A stretch of 20,000 nt of DNA from an uncultured virus (IMG/VR IMGVR_UViG_3300020463_002162) (IMGVR_UViG_3300020463_002162), one strand, 5' to 3'. Counted from the first letter of the stretch, positions 1 to 7,617 are shown. Made by a program: numbers and translations. The notes: generated from the sequence alone by a model not told the origin.

Positions 1-2
1 TA

Positions 3-98
3 ACTGGAGGTTATGTTGAAATAACACTTTCTTTTGAAGCATATTCATTACTTTCTTCCCATAAAGACTGGGAGGCTTCTGCAGGTTGGATGACTTAA
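3..98 (+). CDS. 3' end of a gene running in from the left edge (hypothetical)
   Basis: Open frame ...TGGYVEITLSFEAYSLLSSHKDWEASAGWMT ending TAA at 96-98. Confidence 0.5.
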   Translation, partial: TGGYVEITLSFEAYSLLSSHKDWEASAGWMT

Positions 99-108
99 AA
101 CAAAAATT

Positions 109-213
109 ATGAGAAAAGGTAACAGGACAGACTACCTATTAAACTACAAAGGCAAGAAATTTAAAGCTAACAGTTTCGTAGGATTAATCTGGAAGTTTAT
201 TAGAAACAAATAA
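109..213 (+). CDS. small basic hypothetical protein (34 aa), not in ORF track
   Basis: MRKGNRTDYLLNYKGKKFKANSFVGLIWKFIRNK*; A-rich leader; followed by a terminator. Confidence 0.55.
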   Translation: MRKGNRTDYLLNYKGKKFKANSFVGLIWKFIRNK

Positions 214-231
214 AACTTCGAACGTATAACT

Positions 232-261
232 AACCGTCTAAGGTAACTTAGGCGGTTTTTT
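232..261 (+). terminator. rho-independent terminator
   Basis: Stem AACCGTCTAAG / GTAA loop / CTTAGGCGGTT followed by a T-run. Confidence 0.8.
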
Positions 262-283
262 AGTATTTAAAGGAATAAAAGGT

Positions 284-1015
284 ATGTACACACTAGACGA
301 ATTAAAACAGATGATATTCATCGACATTGAAACAGCAACTCAAAAAGAGACGTTTCAAGAAATTATTGACGAGAACCCAGAACTCGAACAATACTGGAAC
401 TTAAAGACTATGCAACTGGTACAAAAGAACCCAGTTGAATTATCAGAATTTGAAGACCCACACAAAATGTGGCCTAGAATGGCTGGACTTAACCCAGAGT
501 GGGGTAGAATTGTTTGTATCTCTATTGGTCAATTACAGTTTGACGAAACAGGCTTTCCTAATGGTTTTAAGGCTGTCTCATTCAACGGAGAAGACGAGAA
601 AGATATTCTTAAACAATTTTGCGAAATGTCCTCTAAGATTATGCAGAAATACCCAGGAATGAAATGGGTAGGTCACTTTATTAAAGGTTTTGATATGCCA
701 TACATTATTAAGAGAGCTTTGATTAATGGTATATCAGTCCCATCACATTTTCATCTACACAAACAAAAACCTTGGGAAAACTGTTTACTCGATACTAAAG
801 AGACTTGGCAATTCGGAGGATGGGACTCTGCAAAACTAGGACTTATCTCAGAAGTTCTAGGCATCCCTTCTCCAAAAGACGCTATGTCAGGTTCAGAAGT
901 ATCTGAGTATTTTTGGAATAATAGACACGAAGAGATAAAAACTTATTGTGAGAAAGATATTAAGGCTACCGCAAATGTCATATTAAAGATTGCAGGCCTG
1001 CCAATATGTCACTAA
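284..1015 (+). CDS. 3'-5' exonuclease, DnaQ-like (PolB exonuclease-related family)
   Basis: DEDDy motifs: IFIDIET (ExoI), GHFIKGFDMPYI (ExoII), YCEKD (ExoIII). Confidence 0.85.
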   Translation: MYTLDELKQMIFIDIETATQKETFQEIIDENPELEQYWNLKTMQLVQKNPVELSEFEDPHKMWPRMAGLNPEWGRIVCISIGQLQFDETGFPNGFKAVSFNGEDEKDILKQFCEMSSKIMQKYPGMKWVGHFIKGFDMPYIIKRALINGISVPSHFHLHKQKPWENCLLDTKETWQFGGWDSAKLGLISEVLGIPSPKDAMSGSEVSEYFWNNRHEEIKTYCEKDIKATANVILKIAGLPICH

Positions 1016-1071
1016 AGAATTGGTAAACAGTGACATATCGTCACTAAAATTGCTTTGGCATACTTTTTTCA
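999..1071 (+). promoter_or_regulatory. two palindromic TGACA-N3-TGTCA-like boxes plus a sigma54-like -24/-12 element upstream of hsp20
   Basis: TGCCAATATGTCA (999-1011), TGACATATCGTCA (1031-1043), TTGGCATACTTTTTTCA (1055-1071; GG at 1057-58, TC instead of GC at -12). Confidence 0.45.
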
Positions 1072-1118
1072 CTATTAGTATTGTGCATAAGCACATAAAA
1101 CTAAATAAAAATTAAAAC

Positions 1119-1502
1119 ATGTATTTAACAAATTTATCAAAACTAAACAATCAACTAGATGCTTTTGATGGTATCTTCGATTCATTCTTTAATTTCCCTA
1201 ACACTAGACCATCTACATGGACTACGATTAACTCTTTTGGAACTGACTATAGAGTAAATGATAATTCTCTAGAACTTTCTTTACCTGGTTTCACAAAGAA
1301 AGAGATTGATATTGCCGTAGATAATGGTATTCTAACTATTTCTTCAGATGTAAAAGAAGAAGGTTTTAGACAATCATTCAATAAATCATTTAGATTGCCT
1401 GCTACTATTGATACTGATTCTATTTCAGCTTCAATGAAAGATGGTATTCTAACTATTGATTTTAAAAGAACTGATAACGTTAAGAAAATTAACATCAAAT
1501 AA
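1119..1502 (+). CDS. small heat shock protein (Hsp20/alpha-crystallin family)
   Basis: LSLPGFTKKEIDIAVDNGILTIS, F.KSFRLP, ASMKDGILTI, C-terminal I-x-I (KINIK). Confidence 0.93.
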   Translation: MYLTNLSKLNNQLDAFDGIFDSFFNFPNTRPSTWTTINSFGTDYRVNDNSLELSLPGFTKKEIDIAVDNGILTISSDVKEEGFRQSFNKSFRLPATIDTDSISASMKDGILTIDFKRTDNVKKINIK

Positions 1503-1504
1503 TT

Positions 1505-1564
1505 ACAAAATAGTTGCCAAAAAGTTTTCCAGTGTCAGATTTTTTTATTATATTAGTACTGTAA
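1505..1564 (+). promoter_or_regulatory. repeated phage promoter-like element, copy 1
   Basis: ACAAAATAG TTGCCAAAAAG TTTTCC AG TGTCAGA N9 TATATTAGTACTGTAA; matches copies at 7556, 9106, 9813. Confidence 0.8.
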
Positions 1565-1586
1565 TTAAAAATCAAACTAATAAATT

Positions 1587-1721
1587 ATGTGGAATATACT
1601 ATATTTTGACTACGGTAAAGAAATTATTGACACTGCCGAAACCTTTAAAGAAGCCAAATACTTGCTAAAAGAATACAAGATGGCTTTCAAATCTAATAAC
1701 CTTAAAATATCAAGAGCCTAA
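1587..1721 (+). CDS. small hypothetical protein (44 aa), not in ORF track
   Basis: MWNILYFDYGKEIIDTAETFKEAKYLLKEYKMAFKSNNLKISRA*; directly downstream of promoter copy 1; TAATG overlap with next gene. Confidence 0.7.
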   Translation: MWNILYFDYGKEIIDTAETFKEAKYLLKEYKMAFKSNNLKISRA

Positions 1722-2017
1722 TGGAAGACAATTTTAACATCGACGACTATATTAACGATCCAGACTTCGAGCAGAAGATGGAGAACTATAAAGAAAAAAT
1801 GATTCATGAGGCTATTGAACACAACTATGAGAATATGTCCAAGAATGGTATCTCAGATTGGCATGTAAGACACATGAACAAAGATGAGATGACTCAGCTA
1901 AAAGAAACTCTCCAGTTTATGATGACACACTTCTTAGAATACGAAGAGTATGAAAAGTGTACTTTGATGAAATCTGAGCTGGAAAAGGTTAATCGGATAT
2001 TAGAGAAGGTGTCTTAA
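1721..2017 (+). CDS. acidic hypothetical protein with C-terminal UVR-like coiled-coil motif
   Basis: C-terminal FLEYEEYEKCTLMKSEL, similar to the tails of the ORFs at 4206 and 4755. Confidence 0.7.
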   Translation: MEDNFNIDDYINDPDFEQKMENYKEKMIHEAIEHNYENMSKNGISDWHVRHMNKDEMTQLKETLQFMMTHFLEYEEYEKCTLMKSELEKVNRILEKVS

Positions 2018-2026
2018 GATATATAA
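2018..2026 (+). promoter_or_regulatory. putative late promoter motif GATATATAA
   Basis: Same 9-mer at 2108 and 13740, variants at 4744, 15121, 18965 and 9780(-); all intergenic. Confidence 0.55.
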
Positions 2027-2104
2027 CTTAACGCACTACCATAACGGCGGTGCGGGCCCCCGAAATGAACCCGTAGGAAATCTAGTATTTCCGCGGGTTT
2101 TTTT
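2027..2104 (+). ncRNA. candidate ~75-nt structured small RNA ending in an intrinsic terminator
   Basis: GC-rich island; hairpin CGCAC(2032-36)/GTGCG(2050-54); second hairpin AACCCG..GGAAAT/ATTTCC..CGGGTT (2068-2099) plus T7; preceded by GATATATAA. Confidence 0.4.
2068..2104 (+). terminator. rho-independent terminator
   Basis: AACCCGTAGGAAAT-CTAGT-ATTTCCGCGGGTT followed by a T-run. Confidence 0.75.
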
Positions 2105-2107
2105 ATT

Positions 2108-2116
2108 GATATATAA
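2108..2116 (+). promoter_or_regulatory. putative late promoter motif GATATATAA
   Basis: Follows a terminator, 3 nt before ATG 2120; same arrangement at 13740. Confidence 0.65.
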
Positions 2117-2119
2117 TCT

Positions 2120-2674
2120 ATGAAATACGTATTAACATTGGAAAAGTACAAAGCATATAAAGACTTTGAGCGCATGCGTGGTAACTGGGGAAGTCCTGTA
2201 GACATGCGTGCTGATGTAGAATTCTGTTTAGGCAGATTACTACCTAAGGATAATCTGATTAAAAACATTGAAGATCAGTCTTCAGATAAAGGTATTAAAT
2301 TCTTTGTTCAATTAAAAGGCGGTGACCACCTCCACATGTACAAAGTATCTGACTGGCAAAGATCTCCAGAAGATGGTTGGGAATACTACTTCAATAAGAA
2401 GAAAATGTCCTACTATGATTTATACAAAATGCTAGAAGATGAGTATCAATCTAAGCTAGAACAATTCCTAAAGTATTTTAAGTCCTATGACTTCTATGCA
2501 CAATATATTGATGATGGTCGTCAGTGGAAAGCTGCTACTGCAAACAATGATAGATTAGTAGACAGATACAAAGATCTTTCAAAATCAGAGCAGAAAAAAG
2601 CTAAAAAAGAAATTCTAAAACATTTCAAGTCTAAGGAATTAAGACCCGATGTGGATAGAGTTTTCCCAGGATAA
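2120..2674 (+). CDS. hypothetical protein with MKY..LE N-terminal motif (possible internal virion protein)
   Basis: 184-aa ORF starting MKYVLTLEKY. Confidence 0.7.
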   Translation: MKYVLTLEKYKAYKDFERMRGNWGSPVDMRADVEFCLGRLLPKDNLIKNIEDQSSDKGIKFFVQLKGGDHLHMYKVSDWQRSPEDGWEYYFNKKKMSYYDLYKMLEDEYQSKLEQFLKYFKSYDFYAQYIDDGRQWKAATANNDRLVDRYKDLSKSEQKKAKKEILKHFKSKELRPDVDRVFPG

Positions 2675-2675
2675 T

Positions 2676-3014
2676 ATGAAGTATCTAAACACATTTGAGT
2701 CTTTTGTAAATGAAGGAAGACCTTTCTTTCAAGAAACACCTAATGAGTTTGCTTATTTAGATTTTAAGAAATGGGCTTACAAGAAAAGAGGTGATATTAA
2801 GAAGAGACTAAAAGATATTGATGATGGTTCATTCTTCTTTATAGAACTTAAGAAGGTTTGGATGGACTGGGCAAACAAGAACGCTAAGCAATGGAGTTAT
2901 GTTCATTCAACACCAGTTGCTGAGAAAGACTTTGGTAGAGCTCTAGCAGCTATGATGAAAGATGATAATTTAATTATCAAAAAAGCTGGTAATAAACTTA
3001 CAGATCTAAAGTAA
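2676..3014 (+). CDS. hypothetical protein with MKY..FE..NE N-terminal motif (start reassigned from 2649)
   Basis: ATG 2676 lies just after the upstream stop and gives MKYLNTFESFVNE, matching its neighbours. Confidence 0.7.
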   Translation: MKYLNTFESFVNEGRPFFQETPNEFAYLDFKKWAYKKRGDIKKRLKDIDDGSFFFIELKKVWMDWANKNAKQWSYVHSTPVAEKDFGRALAAMMKDDNLIIKKAGNKLTDLK

Positions 3015-3268
3015 TGAAATATCTACAATTATTTGAAGACTTTGCAAAAGATGAACCTGAATTAGAAGTAATTAGACAATTCAAAGGTTCTATTCAAGAT
3101 CTGGATGACTGGCTCAAATCAAAGGTGGGTGAAACAAACCCATACAAAGACACTATAATGGTTAACGGTCCCCATGTTGGACAGAAGGATAAATCAATTC
3201 CTTACCAAGATTTCCAAAATGGAGAGTCCGATTTAATAAAGAATAGACATGGACGAAAAGACAGCTAA
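3014..3268 (+). CDS. hypothetical protein with MKY..FE N-terminal motif
   Basis: MKYLQLFEDF; TAATG coupling to the upstream gene. Confidence 0.7.
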   Translation: MKYLQLFEDFAKDEPELEVIRQFKGSIQDLDDWLKSKVGETNPYKDTIMVNGPHVGQKDKSIPYQDFQNGESDLIKNRHGRKDS

Positions 3269-3419
3269 AGAAATAGCAAAACAACTTAAGAGAATTGCAG
3301 ATGCAATGGAAGCACAAGGTAAACGTGATATTCTTGGAGAGAAGAGAAGAGCTAAGTTAGAGTCTTTGCAAGTAATAGATATTCGTAAAAGAAACAATTC
3401 TAAATCTGATATAGAGTGA
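3249..3419 (+). CDS. small helical hypothetical protein (56 aa), not in ORF track
   Basis: MDEKTAKEIAKQLKRIADAMEAQGKRDILGEKRRAKLESLQVIDIRKRNNSKSDIE*; GTGA overlap with the dnaJ start; fills the gap. Confidence 0.7.
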   Translation: MDEKTAKEIAKQLKRIADAMEAQGKRDILGEKRRAKLESLQVIDIRKRNNSKSDIE

Positions 3420-4213
3420 GCCACTATGCAACTTTAGGTGTAGACAAAACAGCAACTCAGTCAGAAATCAAAAAAGCTTATAGAAAACTGTGTATAGTTC
3501 ACCATCCTGATAAAGGAGGTGATGAGAACAGATTTAAAGAAATTGCAGACGCTTATGCTGTAATTGGCGACGAACAGAAGCGCCAACAGTATGACGCTGT
3601 ACAAGATAATCCGTTTGCCAACTTTGGAAACATGGGAGGCATGGACGGTAACTTCGGTGATTTATTCAATCAATTCTTCGGTCAACAACGTCAACAAGCA
3701 CGTGGTAGTGATATTAGAGTTGATATGCATATCACATTTTATGAAGCATTTCATGGATGCACAAAGGTGTTTCAGATTAATGGTCAAGAACATACCATTG
3801 ATTTGAAGCGTGGTGTCAGATCTGGACAGAGGTTCAGACTAGCTGGCAAAGGTCAAGCACATCCTTTCAACACGCAACTTCCACCTGGAGATTTATTCGT
3901 AACAATACATGTACAACTTAATAGTGAGTATATACTAGAAGGAAACAACGTATGGGTAGAAGTTACGCTTCCATGGTTTGAAATTATGTCAGGTACAAAA
4001 GTAACAATCAACTCACTGGATGGACCGATTTCGATAACAGTACCTGAAGGAACTGCGCCCGGTAAGGTGTTAAGAGTAAGAGAAAAAGGATGGCCAGACT
4101 ATGATACGCAAATAAGAGGAAGTTTATTGTGTAAAATTAATCCTAGCTATCCTGAACTAAATGAGCAACAACTCGAATATATAAAGAAAGTATATCAAAA
4201 CAAAAATGGATAA
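3416..4213 (+). CDS. dnaJ: DnaJ-class co-chaperone (class B/CbpA-like, no zinc finger)
   Basis: J-domain (HYATLGV...EIKKAYRKL...HHPDKGGD...FKEIADAY), G/F-rich linker, DnaJ C-terminal domain (GQRFRLAGKG, GDLFV, LRVREKG). Confidence 0.93.
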   Translation: MSHYATLGVDKTATQSEIKKAYRKLCIVHHPDKGGDENRFKEIADAYAVIGDEQKRQQYDAVQDNPFANFGNMGGMDGNFGDLFNQFFGQQRQQARGSDIRVDMHITFYEAFHGCTKVFQINGQEHTIDLKRGVRSGQRFRLAGKGQAHPFNTQLPPGDLFVTIHVQLNSEYILEGNNVWVEVTLPWFEIMSGTKVTINSLDGPISITVPEGTAPGKVLRVREKGWPDYDTQIRGSLLCKINPSYPELNEQQLEYIKKVYQNKNG

Positions 4214-4484
4214 ATTCTTTAGAAAGAACCGTAATAGGTTATTTAATTCGAAATGGGACATAATTATTGAAGGCCTAATGGTTAACAATAAGCCTGCTTT
4301 TTTTGCTGCTCTTTACCAAGCCATGATGGAACATCCGACATACGTCATTCTATCAGATATGCCAGTTGAACGTAAAATACAAATTTTGAGTAATATGTTA
4401 CAGTATTATGAAGAGAAAGAAGATTACGAGAAATGTGCAAAATTAGTAAAAATGCAACAGCAAGTAAATTCAGATATATGTTAA
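4206..4484 (+). CDS. hypothetical protein with C-terminal UVR-like motif
   Basis: C-terminal YYEEKEDYEKCAKLVKM. Confidence 0.7.
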   Translation: MDKFFRKNRNRLFNSKWDIIIEGLMVNNKPAFFAALYQAMMEHPTYVILSDMPVERKIQILSNMLQYYEEKEDYEKCAKLVKMQQQVNSDIC

Positions 4485-4672
4485 TAGTAAAATTAAATAA
4501 GAAAACAAGTATAGAAAAGGCTCTTAAGCAGCTTAAGTCAAAAGTAATAAGGACTAAGCAAATGCGAAAGCTAAGAGATTTAAAACAATTCACAAAACCT
4601 TCAGAGAAGAAAAGGCTACAAATACAGAAGGCCAAATATATTCAGCAAATTAGAACGAAGGAACAGCAATAA
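4478..4672 (+). CDS. rpsU: 30S ribosomal protein bS21, Bacteroidota type (start reassigned from 4433)
   Basis: MLIVKLNKKTSIEKALKQLKSKV...LRDLKQFTKPSEKKRLQIQKAKYIQ; 64 aa; IEKALK and F.KPS..R signatures. Confidence 0.9.
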   Translation: MLIVKLNKKTSIEKALKQLKSKVIRTKQMRKLRDLKQFTKPSEKKRLQIQKAKYIQQIRTKEQQ

Positions 4673-4754
4673 AAAATATAGGATTAACTTAATATCCTAA
4701 TAATTTTCCATCTAGATATTAGCTATCTGGGATGAGAGCTCTAAATATATAATC

Positions 4755-5051
4755 ATGGTTGACCTAACTATAAAAAGACCAACAATTAAGATGAGTGGAT
4801 ATATCTCCAACACAGATAAAGATTCTCTTATGAGAGCAAGTTATTATCAGATAACTAGAAACTTTACTAAGACAGTAAATCGTTTTGTTGCTTTTAAAGA
4901 TGACGATAGATTGATTGAGATTCCACATGGTATTGGTCAACGATCAAAATTTATAGACTTAATGGTTAAATACTTTGAGTCGCTTGAAGAATATGAGAAG
5001 TGTAATAAGCTAATGAAGCTTAAAGATCTGGTCATAATGGCTGGTGACTAA
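4755..5051 (+). CDS. hypothetical protein with C-terminal UVR-like motif
   Basis: C-terminal YFESLEEYEKCNKLMKLKD; preceded by AATATATAA (4744-4752); alternative start at 4791. Confidence 0.7.
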   Translation: MVDLTIKRPTIKMSGYISNTDKDSLMRASYYQITRNFTKTVNRFVAFKDDDRLIEIPHGIGQRSKFIDLMVKYFESLEEYEKCNKLMKLKDLVIMAGD

Positions 5052-5064
5052 AAAAAATTAAACT

Positions 5065-5748
5065 ATGGCAAGAACCTCTAGAGCAGCATCAATTGGAGCT
5101 GGGTTGAAAAGAGTTCAACTAAGACCTAATCAAAGAAATTATGTCGATACAATAAACAAGAATGATATTACATTCTGTTACGGACCAGCTGGAACATCAA
5201 AAACATTTACAGCTTGCTTTACAGCGCTGCAGATGTTACAAGAAAAGAAGATTAAAGAAATAGTGTTGTGTAAACCAATCCAAGAAGCGGGTGAAAAACT
5301 TGGACATTTACCGGGAGACATTCATGATAAAACGGATCCCTACATGAAATCTTACAAATCTAATATAGAAAAGATAATTGGAGCTGAGCTAACTAAAACC
5401 TTATTTGACAAAAGAATAATTCGATTCGAACCACTAGCCTATATGCGAGGAGATACTTTTGACGATGCCTTAATGATTCTTGATGAAGCACAGAATGCAA
5501 CATACAAACAGTTGATGTTATTTGTGACAAGAATGGGTAAGTCAAGTAAGGTGGTAGTAACTGGAGACGTAAGTCAAGCTGATATTGCAGCTTCACAGGT
5601 AAGTCTACCAGGTTTCATAGAGTTATTAGAAGGTGTGAAAGGAATTGACACACATATATTTACAGAGTCAGATATAGTTAGAGCTAAAATACTACAAGAG
5701 GTTGTGGCTAGGTATGATAAATGGAAAATTCAAAACAACATCAGATAA
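5065..5748 (+). CDS. phoH: PhoH-family ATPase
   Basis: GPAGTSKT P-loop, EAGEKLGHLPGD, PLAYMRGDTF, ILDEAQN, TGDVSQAD. Confidence 0.95.
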   Translation: MARTSRAASIGAGLKRVQLRPNQRNYVDTINKNDITFCYGPAGTSKTFTACFTALQMLQEKKIKEIVLCKPIQEAGEKLGHLPGDIHDKTDPYMKSYKSNIEKIIGAELTKTLFDKRIIRFEPLAYMRGDTFDDALMILDEAQNATYKQLMLFVTRMGKSSKVVVTGDVSQADIAASQVSLPGFIELLEGVKGIDTHIFTESDIVRAKILQEVVARYDKWKIQNNIR

Positions 5749-6200
5749 AGATTCGTAAAGCAACTTACGACGACTTAAACTCTATTTGTGATATTTACAC
5801 GGAGGCTTTTAAAGGTAAGACTCTACCATCTACTAGACAGTGGTGGAATATATTAGATGACAAGAACATTCATTACTTCGTGGCAGAGCAACATGGAGAC
5901 GTTGTAGGAGCAGCTTCATTTATTACAATTAACAAACTAATTAGAGGTGGTAACCGAGTAGGCATGATTGAAGATGTGGCAGTGTCAAAGTATGCAGGTT
6001 CAAGAGGTATCGGTTCTATGTTAATTGAAAGACTAAAAGAACTAGCCATAGAAAAGGGATGTTACAAAACCATTCTTAATTGTTCTGAGGAAAACATAGG
6101 CTTCTACAAGAAATGTGGCTTCTACCAAAAAGAAGTTCAAATGAGATGGGACAGACCACCAGAATTCGCTCCTGGCAATAGAAACAAATCACTATTCTAA
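5721..6200 (+). CDS. GNAT acetyltransferase, glucosamine-6-phosphate N-acetyltransferase (GNA1)-like
   Basis: KLIRGGNRVGMIEDVAV, RGIGSMLI, GCYKTILNCSEENIGFYKKCGF. Confidence 0.85.
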   Translation: MENSKQHQIKIRKATYDDLNSICDIYTEAFKGKTLPSTRQWWNILDDKNIHYFVAEQHGDVVGAASFITINKLIRGGNRVGMIEDVAVSKYAGSRGIGSMLIERLKELAIEKGCYKTILNCSEENIGFYKKCGFYQKEVQMRWDRPPEFAPGNRNKSLF

Positions 6201-6224
6201 GGTATAACAACTAAAGTTATATCT

Positions 6225-6851
6225 ATGTCTAAACAAATAATTCTAAGACACAGTCACACAAACAATCCTAGTACTATTGAGGTTGGAGTTGATGAAGCAG
6301 GTAGGGGAGCGTTAGCAGGACCAGTCACAGTAGCGGCTTGTATTATGCCGTATGGTTTTCAACATGAATTAATCAAAGATTCTAAACTCTTAAATGAAGG
6401 TCAACGTACAGAAGCTAGACAAATGGTCTTAGATAACTGTTTAGCATACTCCATTCAACACGTAAATGTAGAAGAAATAGAAAACACTAACATTCTCAAA
6501 GCTACCTTAGAAGGCATGAGAAGAGCTTTGGAGGACTGTCAAACTAGACAAGACTTTCAGTTTATTCTAATAGACGGCGATCAATTTCATGGTTTCGATG
6601 GTAAACCTTTCGAGACTGTAGTTGGTGGAGATAATACTTATGTCAGTATTGCAGCAGCAAGTATTCTGGCAAAAACCGAGAGAGATAACTATATGAAGTC
6701 GCTTGAAGGTGGTAACGTATATGGTTGGGGTTCTAACAAAGGTTATGGAACTAAACAACATATCACAGCTATCAAAGAGTCAGGCGCAACAAAACACCAC
6801 AGAGATTCATTCATCTCACATTTACTAACCACGACAAGTCAATTATTTTGA
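6225..6851 (+). CDS. rnhB: ribonuclease HII
   Basis: GVDEAGRGALAGPV, DSKLL, LIDG, SIAAASILAKTERD, NKGYGTKQH. Confidence 0.95.
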   Translation: MSKQIILRHSHTNNPSTIEVGVDEAGRGALAGPVTVAACIMPYGFQHELIKDSKLLNEGQRTEARQMVLDNCLAYSIQHVNVEEIENTNILKATLEGMRRALEDCQTRQDFQFILIDGDQFHGFDGKPFETVVGGDNTYVSIAAASILAKTERDNYMKSLEGGNVYGWGSNKGYGTKQHITAIKESGATKHHRDSFISHLLTTTSQLF

Positions 6852-7192
6852 GAGGATTAATTCTTGGAATGCTCCTCTTCCTAGGAGGGCAAATTCTAAT
6901 ATGGTTTCAAACCAACGGACAATTTCTAAGCAAATGGGCAAAAGACCATCCATGGATAATGTCCATAGTCGGTGGTACTATGATTTCATATATGTTTATC
7001 AAAGCTACTGCTCTAATTGCTGCACACTATAATGGTCTATTATGGCCAGGTAGATTCATTGGCTTCTCAATGGGTATTACCTCTTTCGCGTTCTTAACTT
7101 GGTGGTTAATGGGCGAAGGTATTAATATGAAAACAACAATCTGTGTGATTCTAGCAGTGGCTATTATCAGCATTCAACTCTTTTGGAAATGA
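6848..7192 (+). CDS. small membrane protein (about 4 TM helices)
   Basis: Four hydrophobic segments in 114 aa; TTGA overlap with rnhB. Confidence 0.7.
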   Translation: MRGLILGMLLFLGGQILIWFQTNGQFLSKWAKDHPWIMSIVGGTMISYMFIKATALIAAHYNGLLWPGRFIGFSMGITSFAFLTWWLMGEGINMKTTICVILAVAIISIQLFWK

Positions 7193-7446
7193 AACTACCC
7201 TGGCTAGAAAAGAAACCAGATAAACCTACATTTGTAGCAGTTTACAAAAAACAAAAGACTAGTAACAAACACTATATGATTGTTACTGATATTCACGCTG
7301 ACATTTTAATTAATGGCAGAGCAACAAAACCTGTTATAGACCACAAGTACGAAATTGTCGAACTTGGAATGGGTTCTTCATTTATTGAGCTATGGTCTAA
7401 GAAGTATAACATTAACAAACCTAAAGTGGTAAGCAAGTATGGATAA
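7189..7446 (+). CDS. hypothetical protein
   Basis: ORF; ATGA overlap suggests start at 7189 (MKLPWLEKK). Confidence 0.65.
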   Translation: MKLPWLEKKPDKPTFVAVYKKQKTSNKHYMIVTDIHADILINGRATKPVIDHKYEIVELGMGSSFIELWSKKYNINKPKVVSKYG

Positions 7447-7564
7447 ACCCAAACAACTATCAATTGCAACACTAAGAGCAATGGCAAAGACTGGTATTGG
7501 TCATGGTAAACTAATTGAGGTTGTAAAAAACTTGAAGAAAACTAACAAAAAAAGTGCAAAATAA
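7439..7564 (+). CDS. small basic hypothetical protein (41 aa), not in ORF track
   Basis: MDKPKQLSIATLRAMAKTGIGHGKLIEVVKNLKKTNKKSAK*; overlaps the upstream stop; ends inside promoter copy 2. Confidence 0.6.
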   Translation: MDKPKQLSIATLRAMAKTGIGHGKLIEVVKNLKKTNKKSAK

Positions 7565-7601
7565 TTTTTCTATGTCAGAAAAATTGATTATATTTGTACT
7601 G
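7556..7601 (+). promoter_or_regulatory. repeated promoter-like element, copy 2
   Basis: GCAAAATAA TTTTTC TA TGTCAGA N9 TATATTTGTACTG; contains a perfect Bacteroidota -7 box TAnnTTTG (7589-7596). Confidence 0.8.
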
Positions 7602-7617
7602 ACTAAATAAACTAAAT

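Noticed and set aside
2027..2104. Possible tRNA or known riboswitch/ribozyme in the GC-rich island
   Set aside because: No cloverleaf, T-loop GTTCRA or CCA end; no hammerhead CTGATGA core or recognisable aptamer; kept only as an unclassified sRNA candidate
4433..4477. N-terminal extension of bS21 in the ORF track (and likewise 2649-2675 for the ORF at 2676)
   Set aside because: Downstream ATGs match the family or motif N-termini and avoid long overlaps
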